Assembly: GCA_030390025.1 (NCBI GenBank)
Contig: CM059432.1
Coordinates: 83,392,001-83,456,000, forward strand
From: Squalus acanthias
Taxonomy: Eukaryota
Length of the DNA: 64,000 bases
Direction of reading: 5' to 3'
This document shows, piece by piece, positions 13,086 to 25,326 of the stretch. The notes under the pieces are model-generated. The model searched no databases. It saw only the letters and a program-made list of their open reading frames with translations, and was not told the origin of the DNA. Numbering within the stretch: the stretch's first letter is position 1; each line of letters opens with the position of its first letter. The translations under genes and the position numbers were made by a program.

Positions 13086-13430
13086 CCAGAGAACAATAGC
13101 AGTTTACAGCACAGGAGGAGGTCATTTGGCCCATTGTGTCTGTGCCAGCTCTTTGCGACATCAATCAAAATTATAAATTTGCCATAGCTGACTCTAGACT
13201 AACTAGTCTATAGTTACTTGTTTATCCTTGTCTCCTTTCTTGAACAAACATGTTACACTGGCGACTCTGCAGTGTCACCGTACATTTGCATAACTAAGGG
13301 GATCGAAAAATTGTGGCCAGAGCCTCTGCTATCTCCTCCCTGACTCCTTTCAACAGCCTATAGTGCATGCCATCAGGGCCCAGTGACTTATTCACCTTCA
13401 GTTCAGCTAATTTTTTAGAACAAATTCCTG
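13086..13430 (-). mobile_element. Decayed CR1 fragments
   Basis: KSLGPDGMHYRLLKGVREEIAEALATIF plus a CR1-like tail sequence. Confidence 0.65.
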
Positions 13431-13943
13431 TTTTACCTTGAAACAAAAATGTTTTATCCTCCTCTAGGAGACGTATATTCTTTACGCATGCATGTGTCAG
13501 TCCCTGGTTCTTTCTTTCTGTTGGCAGAGCTAAGAGCAAGAAGGTGAAATTCCACTATGGCCACCGTGGGATTTCTACAACTAATGCCTGGCACAAAAGC
13601 AATTTATATTGGGGATGTTGTCCCAGTCCACAGTGGCTGAGCCAACACTAAAAATATTCCATTTCCCTCTCACCTTACTGCAGTGGTACATCATCCTGGT
13701 GGTAATTTATTACTAGGCCACACGCAGATGGTTCACAGATAGTCCAAAATCTTACTTTTGAGGCCTGGAATGAAAGTACAGTGAATGAAAATAACATGAT
13801 ATGAAGTATTTTGTATTTTCTGAGATTGATCTTGAGGCTGCAATGGTAGAGAAGTTCTGGAGTGCCCAAGATTATTAATAAAGTATTGCAGCTCCGAAAG
13901 GCACTGAATTATGTCACCATACTGTGTTCCTTTTCTTTTGCAG

Positions 13944-14698
13944 ATGGGTCTGTGATTATATCATGCATGAGCATTTCATGGGCGACTTTGGATTACTATG
14001 CGGCACTAAAAAAATCATTGCCCACTCGACAGAAGCTAGCTTGTGGATTCCCTTATGTGATGTACTTTTTTTACAAGTTGTTTACACTTTGTGCAAAGAT
14101 TCTGAGCATAACGCTATTGGCTACTCTACATATCATAGCTGTCGCCGCTTACTTGTGTGTTTTGTGGCTGATCATGATCATCTATGTCTTGACGCAGAAG
14201 ACCACGTTTGGTACATCCACATGCCAAAACTGTATTTACAGGATAGTAGTTGGCATCATCTTAGTTTTCACCTTTTTCAATATAAAAGATCAGGATACAA
14301 AAGTGGTTATGGCTCTCTATTATATATTTAGAACCTTTGAAATCATTTCAATACTTCTCCTATGCTGGTTTCTGAAAGGCTCTACGGTTGATAAAAGCTA
14401 TGATCTGCCACTTAGTATAACTGTAGGGCTCTCACTATTTATAGGGATTGTTTGTCTTGTGTTGTACTATAGATTTTGCCATCCTCATATTTATTCAGAA
14501 AGGGCAAATGACTTTAATAATTCTCAAACTGAACCACCATTACACAGATCTCATGATGAGGTTGATGGTTGCCTGCCTGAAAATTCAGCAGTTAACATAA
14601 CACTTAACAACATAAATGAAAACAGCAGTATGATTAATTCAGCAATCCCTAATCCTGGAAGAAGAAGCAGGAGAATAACACATTGTTTAACTTTTTAA
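13944..14698 (+). CDS. XKR9: XK-related protein 9, last coding exon
   Basis: Acceptor TTCCTTTTCTTTTGCAG. ISWATLDYYAALKKSLP, YFFYKLFTL, YRIVVGIILVFTFFNIK and YYRFCHP are followed by the caspase site DEVDG. These match vertebrate XKR9 as I recall it. The frame is open to TAA. Confidence 0.93.
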
Positions 14699-15929
14699 TT
14701 ACACGAGAAAGGGACACAACCGGAATGAACTTGAACACCTGCTACAGATGGAGGTTGTTATATTTTGGGATTTAAAAGGACCCATTTTTTCTCAACAGTT
14801 TCACAGCGGAACCCATAAGTGGGGCTTGTTCTTACAATCTGCAAGCTGTATTTTTATACATAATCTAGAATTAAGAATTGATGAGTTGTTAAAATGTGGC
14901 CCTGTCTACCAAGTTAGGTGTACATTAAAGGTTCCGTGGCACCATTCAGGAAATAGTAGGGAGTTCTCCTGGCAGCACTGACTAATGTTCCTCCTCCCTC
15001 AACCAACATAAAAACAAATTTATTGGTCACTCATCTAACTTCAGGGAATCTTCTGCAAGCAAAATTGTTGCAGCATTTGCCTGCATAGCAGTCACTGCAT
15101 TCCGAAAACTAACCATTCGAGTGTGAAGTGTTTTGAGACATTTCTGACAGACATGATAATCTGTTTAATAGGTTATACATATTTGTGTGCATTGCAATCA
15201 ATAATTTCTAAATGGCATATCTTAAATATAGATCAGAATTTACAAGCAAAACAATGAATACATTTATTTACAGCTAAATAGAAAGATGAAACACAAATGT
15301 TCAGTGAATGCTAATGGTCCAATATAAATATATATATATATATATATATGTTTGAAAAATACCTGTAGTGGGCCAATTACCCTTAATAACTGCTTCTGAA
15401 GTAACATGATAATCCTTTCTGTTTTGAAAAACAAAAATCCTTGCAAAATGAATTCAATGGTTTCATATTCTCATATAACTTTCAGTATCAGCACAACTTA
15501 ACATAAATAATAATTTCTCTCAAATAGAGAGCTAAAAATGTAAGCCTTCTTTATAACTGCTTAATTTATCTGAAGTTGAGTTATATAAATAAACTTCAGG
15601 AAGTTGCATGTCAAATAAAGAGTGGACAAATTTAGCAAATTATGAATAATGTACATTATGCAAGTGCAGAGATCACCAAGATTGATATAATCCATTCAGC
15701 AGGAAAGTAATGTCTGTGTTAGGAATTCCAAACAACTTATCAATTTCCCACAAATCATTCAATCAATTATTAATAGGAACCATTTTGAACCTAGGATCAA
15801 AAGTCACTATCACCTTTAATTAATAAGTAAACAAACCAATTTAACATTTATGACAGAGGGATAGGCTGATAACAAGAGGAGAAAGGTAAGAACATATCAC
15901 GACTACAGGCACCACAAGAAGAGTGGGAG

Positions 15930-17060
15930 AGAGAAGTTACATTTATATAGCACCTTTCACGTCCTCAGGATATTCCAAAGTGCTTCACAGCCAATGAGAC
16001 ACTTTTGACGCATAGTTACTGCTGTAATGTCGGGAAATGCGGCAGCTAGTTTGCACACTGCAAGGTTTCACAAACAGCAGTGTGATAAATGACCAGTAAT
16101 CTGCTTTAGTGATATTGTTTGGGGGATAAATCTTAGCCAGGATACCAGGGGAACTCACCTGATCTTCTTTGAATAGTGCCATGGAATATTTTATATTCAC
16201 CTGAGAGGGCAGAGGGAGTCTCAGTTTAATATCTCATCCAAAAGACAGCACCTCCCTCTGTGCTGTACTGGAGTGCCAACGAAGACTATGGCCCGTATTT
16301 TCCGATCGAAGGATTCCTGCACGCGGAGGCCTCTGATCTGGAAAAAATCTATGCCCTTACCTGAGGGCCCCGGCGGTCCGGACATTTCCGTTCCTGGGCC
16401 TCTGCTCTGCGAAATGCGCAGGGCCCAGGTATCCCAGGGGCGCAGGCGGTTCGCAAGCGTCCCTGGGATCATGTGGGCCATGGGGAACCAATGTAAGAAG
16501 GGAAACCCCCTTCATACTTTTGACAGGTCTCTCAGCTTAGACCCGTCAAAAGTATGAATGGAGATCACTCCAAAAACACATCAAAACATTAAATAATTTT
16601 TTTTAAATCACGTTTTTAAAATTAGTTAAAATTTCATTAAATTAAATATTTTATACAAAAATGTAATAGTATTTTTTAAAGTATTTTAAAATTATAAATG
16701 AGTGAAATTAAAAAAAAACTTTTTAAACTCTTATGCTGGTAAAAGCAGGCCTTACGCCTGCTTTTACCAGGTGTAAGATTTTTAAGGGATTTCAGTGGGC
16801 AGAGGTTCTGCAGAAAGCTGAACACTCCACCGCCGGAGGCCCTTCTCCAGGGCAGGCGCAGGATCTGTCAAGAGGATTCCTGACAGATCGGAAGTGCCGG
16901 TTTTCAGCGCGCGCGCTTCGCATGCCTGAAACCGGCACTTGCAAGGTTCCTACAGGTGTACACACCCATAGGGATCGGAAAATACGGGCCTATGTTATCT
17001 GGAGTAGGGTACAATCGTCTGACTTAGAGGCAAGCGTAATTCCAGTGAGCCACAGCTGAT
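15930..17060 (-). mobile_element. Deu-domain SINE (SacSINE1/AmnSINE1-like), interrupted by a MITE
   Basis: CATTTATATAGCACCTTTCAC..AATAGTGCCATGG..TCTCATCCAAAAGACAGCACCTC; a better-preserved copy lies at 47940-48405. Confidence 0.75.
16290..16990. mobile_element. Harbinger-type MITE, hairpin-rich family
   Basis: Perfect 18-bp TIR GGCCCGTATTTTCCGATC and TSD TAT. Internally homologous, in reverse orientation, to 24446-25210 and 55798-56558. Confidence 0.9.
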
Positions 17061-18565
17061 ATCGAAGCAATCTAGTGACTACTCAAATCAACCCCAAACA
17101 AGGTAGGGTGTACTTCTATCTAGCAAATCCCCCTCCCCAATTCCACAACAATTAAACACCCTGATCTTGAAGCGTGTAACATTGCTTCACCTAGATGTAC
17201 AACTGTGCCATGGCTTTTCTAACTAGAGTCCCTGAGGTCATCAGATTTTTGAATTTGTCTGTATTTATTCTCTTGCCAGCATGTTAGTTCTGTTATTATT
17301 GTGAATAAAATATGTTTTCTATTTTGGCAGTTCTGATTTCCTTTGGGTACCTGATATTATCTTTTGGAAGGTAGGACAGGAAGTTGCTGGGAGTGTTAAT
17401 ATTTTTAGGGGCTTCACCGCATGGAATAGTTTGAAAACCACTGAAATATGCCAACGGATTCATTTGGGGCAATTTTTGCTTTGGGCAGACTTTGGGTGGG
17501 AGAAGGCACTGATGAGACGGCCAAGCCATTTTAAGGGCTGATTGGCATATCAATATCAACGGTGAACTGCGAGCACAGAACCAGCGCACACAGGCAGATC
17601 GCCATTTGGAGAGGAGAATTGTGGATGGCAGGAAATTCAGCAGCTCCAACGCAGAAATGAGCTGGAAGTAGGGACTGAAAGGGAGAGAGGAAATCATGGG
17701 AGGAGGTGTGGGTGGTGCAGACCGAAAGATTTTTGTGGGGCCACAAAAACCTTTTCAAAAACTTACCTTGGCCTGTTTTATAAGTAGTTTGCAGCAGCCC
17801 CTTTAAGAGCCACTGGTTAGGATGCTCAACACCGAGCACCAATGGGAGGAGCCTGTGTGTTGATTGCTCCGCCCATTGGTACTTCAAAATTGCATATTAA
17901 AGGCAGCCTTTCCGCTTGAAAGCATTCTGGTTGGAAATGGTGGTGGCCATATTGGGAGCAGGAACGAGGCGGTTAGTGGTGCGCTACCATTTTCAGCCCA
18001 CCACCACCCGTTCCCACTGGTCAGAGGCCCTGAAAATCGGGGCCATTTTATCAATGTACCTTCTTGTAAATGCCATGCAAAAAAAAGTACAACTGCGCTA
18101 ATATGGATACCTGCGTAAAAAAGTAAAACAAAAGAAAGATTATTTACTTACCACTGGGTCTGGAGATTACAGGAAATTGTTCAGTGTTTAAAACGGAAAC
18201 AACAGTTAGAGGGCAGGGTTTTTCTCTTCTTGCTTGGTAGTCCACAATTCTCCACCCATTCATTTTAATGAGTGCAAGATCATGGGCTGGTGAGCGCAAA
18301 TGCAGGAAATCCTAGCCAAGAGTTCGCAGTTTCTGCATAAATATGACATAAGTATGCAATTATACCAAGGTGGTATAGAGAAGGGCTACGATGTTGATCC
18401 GAGGATCAGAGGGTTGAGTATTGGGAAAAGTTAGAAAAACTTGTACTCCTTAACCTTGAAAGGATTTGAATGAGAAGGGATCTAAGAGGCATATACAATA
18501 CTAAGTAGAATAGGAAAGCTAAATGTGGAACACTATTTTAAGTTTAGACCATAGTAATTAGACAA

Positions 18566-20808
18566 GTGTTGTGTGGCATTACCACTGTGCTAAATGGGAT
18601 AGATTAAGAACAGATCTAGCTGCTCAAAACTGGGCATCCATGAGGCGCTGTGGGCCATCAGCAGCAGCAGAATTGTATTCCACCACAATCTGTAACCTCA
18701 AGGCCTGGTATATCCCTCACTCTGCCATTACCATCAAGCCAGGGGACCAACCCTGCTTCAATGAGGAAAGCAGGAGTGCAGAAGAGCATGCCAGGAGCAG
18801 CACCAGGTGGAGGTGCCAACCTGGGGAAGCTGCAACACAGGACCACATGCATGCTAAACAGCGGAAGCAACATGCTATAGACAGGGCTAAGCGATCCCAC
18901 AATCAACAGATCAGGTCAAAGCTCTGCAGTCCTGCCACATGCAGACGTGAATGGTGGTGGACCATTAAACAAGTAACGAGAGGAGGAAGCTCCATGAATA
19001 TCCCCATCCTCGATGGCAGAGCCCAGCACGTGACTGCAAAAGACAAGGCTGAAGCGTTTCCGACCATCTTCAGCCAGAAGTGCCGAGTGGATGATTCATA
19101 TCGGCCTCCTCCCGAGGTCCCCACCATCACAGAAGCCAGTCTTCAGCCAATTTGATTCCCTCCACGTGATATCAAGAAACAGCTGAGCGCACTGAATACA
19201 GCAAAGGCTATGGGCCCCAACAATATCCTGGCTGATGTGCTGAAGACTTGTGGTCCAGAACTAGCCATGCCTCTAGCCAAGCTGTACCAGTACAGTTACA
19301 ACACTGGCATCTACCCGACAATGTTGAAAACTGCCCAGCTATGTCCTGTCCACAAAAAGCAGGACAAATCCAATCCGGCCAATTACTGCTCCAACAGTCT
19401 ACTCTCAATCATCAGCAAAGTGATGGAAGATGTCGTCGACAGTGCTATCAAGCGGCACTTACTCACCAATAACCTGCTCACCGATGCTCAGTTTGGGTTC
19501 TGCCAAGACCTCATTACAGCCTTGGTCCAAACATGGATGAAAGTGCTGAATTCCAGAGGTGAGGTGAGAGTGACTGCTCTTGACATCAAGGCAGCATTTG
19601 ACTAAGTGTGGCATCAAGGAGCCTTAGTTAAACTGAAGTCAATGGGAATCGGGGAAAACTCTCCACTAACTGAAGTCATACCGAGCACAAAGGAAGATGG
19701 TGTGTAACTTGGAGGGGAACTTGCAGGTGATGGTGTTCCCATGCACCTGCTGCCCTTGTCCTTCTAGGTGGAAGAGGTCACGGGTTTGGGAGGTGCTGCC
19801 GAAGCAGCCTTGGCGAGTTGCTGCAGTGCACCTTGCAGATGGTACACACTGCAGCTACGGTACGCCGGTGGTGAAGGGAGTGAATGTTTAAGGTGGTGGA
19901 TGGGGTGCCAATCAAGCGGGCTGCTTTTTCCTGGATGGCGTTGAGCTTCTTGAGTGTTGTTGGAGCTGCACCTATCCAGGCAAGTGGAGAGTATTCCATC
20001 ACACTCCTGACTTGTGCCTTGTAGATGGTGGAAATGCTTTGGGGAGTCAGGAGGTGAGACACTCACCGCAGAATACCCAGCCTCTGACTTGCTCTTGTTG
20101 TCACAGTACTTATATGGCTGGTCCAGTTACGTTTCCTGCCAATGGTGACCCCCAGGATGTTGATGGTGGGGAATTCGGCAATAGTAATGCCGGTGAATGT
20201 CAAGGGACGGTGGTTAAACTCTCGCTTGTTGGAGATAGTCATTGCCTGGCACATGTGTGGCGCGAATGTTACTTGATACTTATCAGCCCAAGCCTGAATG
20301 TTGTCCAGGTCTTGCTGCATGCGGGCATGGACTGCTTCATTATCTGATGAGTTGTGAATGGAACTGAAGACTGTGCAATCATCAGCAAACATCCCCACTT
20401 CTGACCATATGATGGAGGGAAGGTCATTGATGAAGCAGCTGAAGATGTTTGGGCCTAGGACACTGCCCTGAGGAACTTCTGCAGCGATGTCCTGGGGTTG
20501 TGATGATTGATCTCCTACCAGCACAACCATCTTCCTTTGTGTATAGGTATGACTCCAGTCAGTGGAGAGTTTTCCCCCTGATTCCCATTGACATCAATTT
20601 TACTAGGGCCCCTTGATGCCACACTCGGTGAAATGCTGCCTTGATGTCAAGGGCAGTCACTCTCCCTGCACCTCTGGAATTCAGCTCTTTTGTCCATGTT
20701 TGGACCAAGGCTGTAATGAGGTCTGGAGCTGAGTGGTCCTGGCAGAACCCAAACTGGGCATCAGTGAGCAGGTTATTGGTGAATAACTGCCGCTTGATAG
20801 CACTGTCA
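18566..20808. mobile_element. Two family-A LINE segments fused in opposite orientation (+ 18566-19700, - 19695-20808)
   Basis: Forward part is the RT N-half (KDKAEAF, MGPNNI, ALDIKAAFD). Reverse part is the RT C-half. The junction has GATGGT microhomology. Confidence 0.85.
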
Positions 20809-21770
20809 TAGAAACATAGGAAATGGAGTAGGCCATTGACTCCCTCGATCCTGTTCCGCTATTCAATGAGATCATGGCTAATCTGCGACCTAACTCCATA
20901 TACCTGCCTTTGGCCCATATCCTTTAATACCTTTGTTAACAAAAAGCTATCAATCTGAGATTTAAAATTAGCAATTGGTCTAGCATCAATTGCCATTTGC
21001 AGAACAGAGTTCCAAACTTCTACCACCCTTTGTGTATAAAAGCGTTCCCTAACTTCACTCCTGAAAGATTTGGCTCTAATTCTGAGACTACGCCCCCCAG
21101 TCTTAGAATCCCCAACCCAGCGGAAATAGTTTCTCTCTACCCACCCCCCTATCTGTTCCCCTTAATATCTTGAAAACTTCAATCAAATCACCCCTTAACC
21201 TTCTAAATGCTAAGGAATACAACCCTAATTTGTGTAATCTCTTCTCGTAACTTAACCCTTGAAGTCCGGGTAACATTCTGGTAAACCTACGCTGCACTCC
21301 CTCCACGGCCAGTATATCCTTCCTAAGGTGTGGTGCCCAGAACTGCTCACAGTACTCCAGGTGTGGTCTAACCAGGGTTTTGTATAGCTGCAGCATAACT
21401 TCCTTGTGCTCTAGCCCTCTAGATATAAAGGTTAGTATTTCATTAGCCTTTAATTTTTTTCTGTATCTGTTCATGACATTTTAATGATCTATGTACCTGG
21501 ACCCCCAAGTCTCTTTGGACCTCCACTGTTTTTAGCTTTTCACCATTTAGAAAGTACCCTGTTCTATCCTTTTTAAGTCCAAAGTTGATGACCTCACATT
21601 TGCCTATATTGAAATCCATTTGTCACAGTTTTGCTCATTCACTTAATCTATAAGTATCCCTTTGTAATTTTATGCTTTCATCTACAATGCTGCCTATCTT
21701 TGTGTCATTGGCAAATTTGGATATATGACTTTCGATGCCATCATCTAAGTCATTAATAAATACTGTAAAT
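20808..21770 (-). mobile_element. CR1 3' end
   Basis: RPHLEYCEQFWAPHL..LRGDLIEVFKI; tail at about 20808. Confidence 0.85.
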
Positions 21771-22348
21771 TAGGGAGAGTTTAAACTAATTTGGCAGGGG
21801 GATGGGCACCAGGATGTAATATTAGGATGGAGAAACAAAGCGCACAAAGGATGGGGAGAGACAGGTAGCACTAGAGTAAGAAATAGTACGATATTAGGTG
21901 GGGCCAGACTAAAAGAGAATACAGGATGGTCTAAGACAAGTTTACAGTGCATATGTGCAAACACATGAAGCGTGGTAAATAAGGTTGGTGAGCTGCAGGC
22001 ACAAATAGCCACATGGGAATATGATGTTGTGGCGATGACGGAGACCTGGCTCAAAAAAGGGCAGGATTGGGTTTAAAATATTCCTAGATATAAGGTGTTC
22101 AGAAAAGATAGGGAAGGAAAGCAAAGAGATGGGGTGGCAGTATTGGTTAAGGAGCATGTTACACTGCTGGAGAGGATGTCCTGGAGGGGTCAAGGACAGA
22201 ATCTATTTGGTTAGAGTTAAGAAATAATAGAGGTGCCATTATACTACTAGGTGTATTCTATAGGCTACCAACTAGTGAGAAAGATTTGCAGGGAAATTAC
22301 AGAGAGGTGCAAGAAATATAGAGTAGTAATAATAAGGGATTTCAATTA

Positions 22349-22701
22349 CATAGAAACATAGAATCTAGGAGCAGGAGTAGGCCATTCGGCCCGTCGAGCC
22401 TGCTCCACCATTCAATACGATCATGGCTGATCATCCAAATCCAGTACCCTGTCCCTGCTTTAATCCCCACAGTACACATATCCCACCCTACCCCCATAAC
22501 CCCACATATTTAATTCCCCCTAACATATCCCATCCTATACCCATAACCCCACATATTTAATCCCCCCCTAACACTAAGGGTCAATTTTATCATAGCCAAA
22601 TCAACCTAACCCGCACATTTTTGGACTGTGGGAGGAAACCGGAGCACCCGGAGGAAACCCACGCAGACACGGGGAGAATGTGCAAACTCCACACAGACAG
22701 T
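22349..22701 (-). mobile_element. 5'-truncated HE1-like V-SINE
   Basis: V-domain (GTTTCCTCCGGGTGCTCCGGTTTCCTCCCACAGTCC) and a CR1-type tail; nearly the same as 36593-36990. Confidence 0.85.
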
Positions 22702-22729
22702 CCTAATATAGACTGGGATAATAATAGCG

Positions 22730-23325
22730 TTTGTTACCTCTAGACTTGACTATTCCAATGCACTCCTGGCTGGCCTCCCACATTCCACCCTACGTAAACT
22801 TTAGGTTATCCAAAACTCGGCTGCCCGTATCCTAACTCGCACCAAGTCCCGTTCGCCCATCACCCCTGTGCTCACTGACCTACATTGTCTCCCGGTTAAG
22901 CAGCGCCTCGATTTCAAAATTCTCATCCTTGTTTTCAAATCCCTCCATGGCCTCGCCCCTTCCTATCTCTGTAATCTCCGTCAGCCCCACAACCCCCCTG
23001 CCGAGATATCTGCGCTCCTCTAATTCTGCCCTCTTGAGGATCCCTGATTATAATCGCTCAACCTTTGGTTAACAGCCTTCTGTTACCTAGGCCCTAAGCT
23101 CTGGAATTCCCTGCCTAAACCTTGTCCGCCTTGCTACCTCTCTTTCCTCCTTTAAGATGCTCCTGAAAACCTACCTCTTTGACCAAGCTTTTGGTCACCT
23201 GCCCTAATTTATCCTTATGTGGATCAGTGTCAAATTTTGTTTTTTGTCTTAAAATATTACTGTGCAGCGCCTTGGGACGTTTTACTACATTAAAGGCGCT
23301 ATATAAATACAAGTTGTTGTTGTTG
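22730..23325 (+). mobile_element. L2-like LINE 3' end with (TTG)n tail
   Basis: SRLDYSNALLAGLP..IQNSAARIL..PITPVL..FKILIL; homologous to 42920-43585 and 52020-52440. Confidence 0.85.
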
Positions 23326-23715
23326 TGTAAAGGGCAGAGAGGGGGAAGAATTCTGAAGTATGTTCAGGAGAACTTACTTGATCAGTATGTTTCCGGCCCA
23401 ACGAGGAAGGAGGCATTGCTGGATCTGGTTCTGGGGAATGAGATGGGTCAAGTGGAGCAAGTGACAGTAGGTGAACATTTCGGGAACAGTGATCATAGTA
23501 TCATAAGATTTAGATTAGCTATGGAAAAGGACAGGGAGCAATCTAGAGTAAAAATACTTAATTGGAGGAAGGCAAATTTCAGTGGGTTGAGAACAGATCC
23601 GGCCCGGGTAAATTGGAATCAAAGATTGGCAGGCAAAACTGTAATCGAACAATGGACTGCCTTTAAAGAGGAGATGGTTCGGGTACAAAGAGAGAGTATG
23701 AGAATAGATTGGCAG

Positions 23716-25320
23716 TGTAAGCCTCGCTGTCCTATTCTCAGGCTTGTAGTTCGTTTTGATCTGCGAATTATAAGGGAAATAATTAATGAATCACTCAAAA
23801 ACTCTTAAGTTAAATAAGGTCTTTTATTAAAGGAAAAAGGAGAGAAAAGAAAACAAAAACACTTATAGATTTAAATGGCAATGCAATGCCCTTCCTAGCC
23901 TACCTGGCAATACAATGCCCTTCTTACTCTACTCTTAGCAATAAAGATGCTCTAGCAATACAATGCCCAAATATGTTCTAAGTAAATGGTCATACAATCA
24001 CCCCGATGTGGCCAGCTCCTGTTGATTGCAGCTCTCCTCTCGATGATCGGTCGGGCTCCCTTCTTGTTGACTGCAGCTCTTCTTCCGACCCCCCCCCCCC
24101 ACCGACTGCAGTAACAAAGTTACCTTAACAGCTTCTTTTATATCTTTTCCTTTCAATGGTGGACAGGATGTAACATCGTCAAGGCCTCATTGACCTATCG
24201 ATGATAGCCTTAGATCATGATAGCCAAAAATATGTCGCAGTTTTTGTTTAAACTTAAAGTTAAAGCCAGCATGTGAAGACCACAGTAACAGTTAATTGGC
24301 TGGATAGCTCACGCAAATCTCAACCGTCTAGCTGGCAAACTTTCTGATAAGGATTATTTATTGAAGAGGCCCATTGAGTTCTGTGTTATCTCGTCAAGGC
24401 CTAATCCCTCATTGTTTACACAGACGTCTCCTTTAGCTACACAATGGCCCAAAAATTCGGCCGAGAACGGGTGAGTACGGACTGCGTATTCACCCGTATT
24501 AGTTCCCGAAGTGCCGGTTTCCTGCATGCACTGCGCATGCGCGGGAAACCGGCACTTCCGGTATGGTGAAGGGGGCGGTTCCTAAGTGAACCGCGTGCGC
24601 ACTAGAGGTTGCGTGCACGCAGCACACTTAGGTTTTTATTCAGGTTTCAACGCGAGGGTAAGTATGGAAGATTCTACACATGTAAAAAGGAGGCGTAAGA
24701 CCCCTTTTGAACAAGGTAAGTAGTTAATTAAGTATAATTTTTAATTTTTTTCAACAGGTTTATCTTTTTTAGAGACTTTAAAGAAAGGTAAGTTTATTTT
24801 TATAATTTTTAAAAAAAAATTTAGTTTTTTCAAAAATTTAAATTTTTGTTTAAAGTGGTTAATTTATTTAACTATAGTTATTTTATTAATGTGATGGGTT
24901 TTTAAAAAAATTATTTGAGGTTTAGCTGTTCTTTTGTGGTCTCTTTCAATTCACAGATTTGACAGGTCTCCTGTCAAATCTATGAATGAAAGATGGTCTG
25001 CTGCCATTGGCTCTCCATGGCCCACGTGATCCCAGAGGTCGCATCGCACTAACTGCGCCCCTGGGACACGCACACACTGTGCGCTGGCACTAGGGAAAGG
25101 CCCAGGACCCGAAGTCCCTGTGGGCCCAAAACACAACGGCCGGCGCGGAGTGTGATATCGCGCGCGATCCTTACCCCCCACGGCAAGCCTCCGAGTCAAA
25201 TTTCTGGGCCAATGTCTTTGTTCCTTATTGATAGCACGTCTGGTTTCTCTGCTTTGCTACAGCTCTTGTAAGTTTTAATGTCCAGCATGAAAATTGTGTC
25301 AAAACAAAAAGGCCTCCCTC
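23716..25320 (-). repeat. 3' LTR (contains MITE 24446-25210)
   Basis: Direct repeat of 36036-37461, a few percent diverged; similarity breaks down at about 25314-25320. Confidence 0.92.
24446..25210. mobile_element. Harbinger-type MITE, hairpin-rich family
   Basis: TIRs GGCCCAAAAATT / AATTTCTGGGCC and TSD AAT; the empty site is visible in the other LTR (TACACAATGTC at about 37161). Confidence 0.92.
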
Positions 25321-25326
25321 AAGTGT

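Noticed and set aside
13862..13943. N-terminal extension of the XKR9 ORF
   Set aside because: Intronic; there is a strong acceptor at 13943 in phase with the upstream exon.
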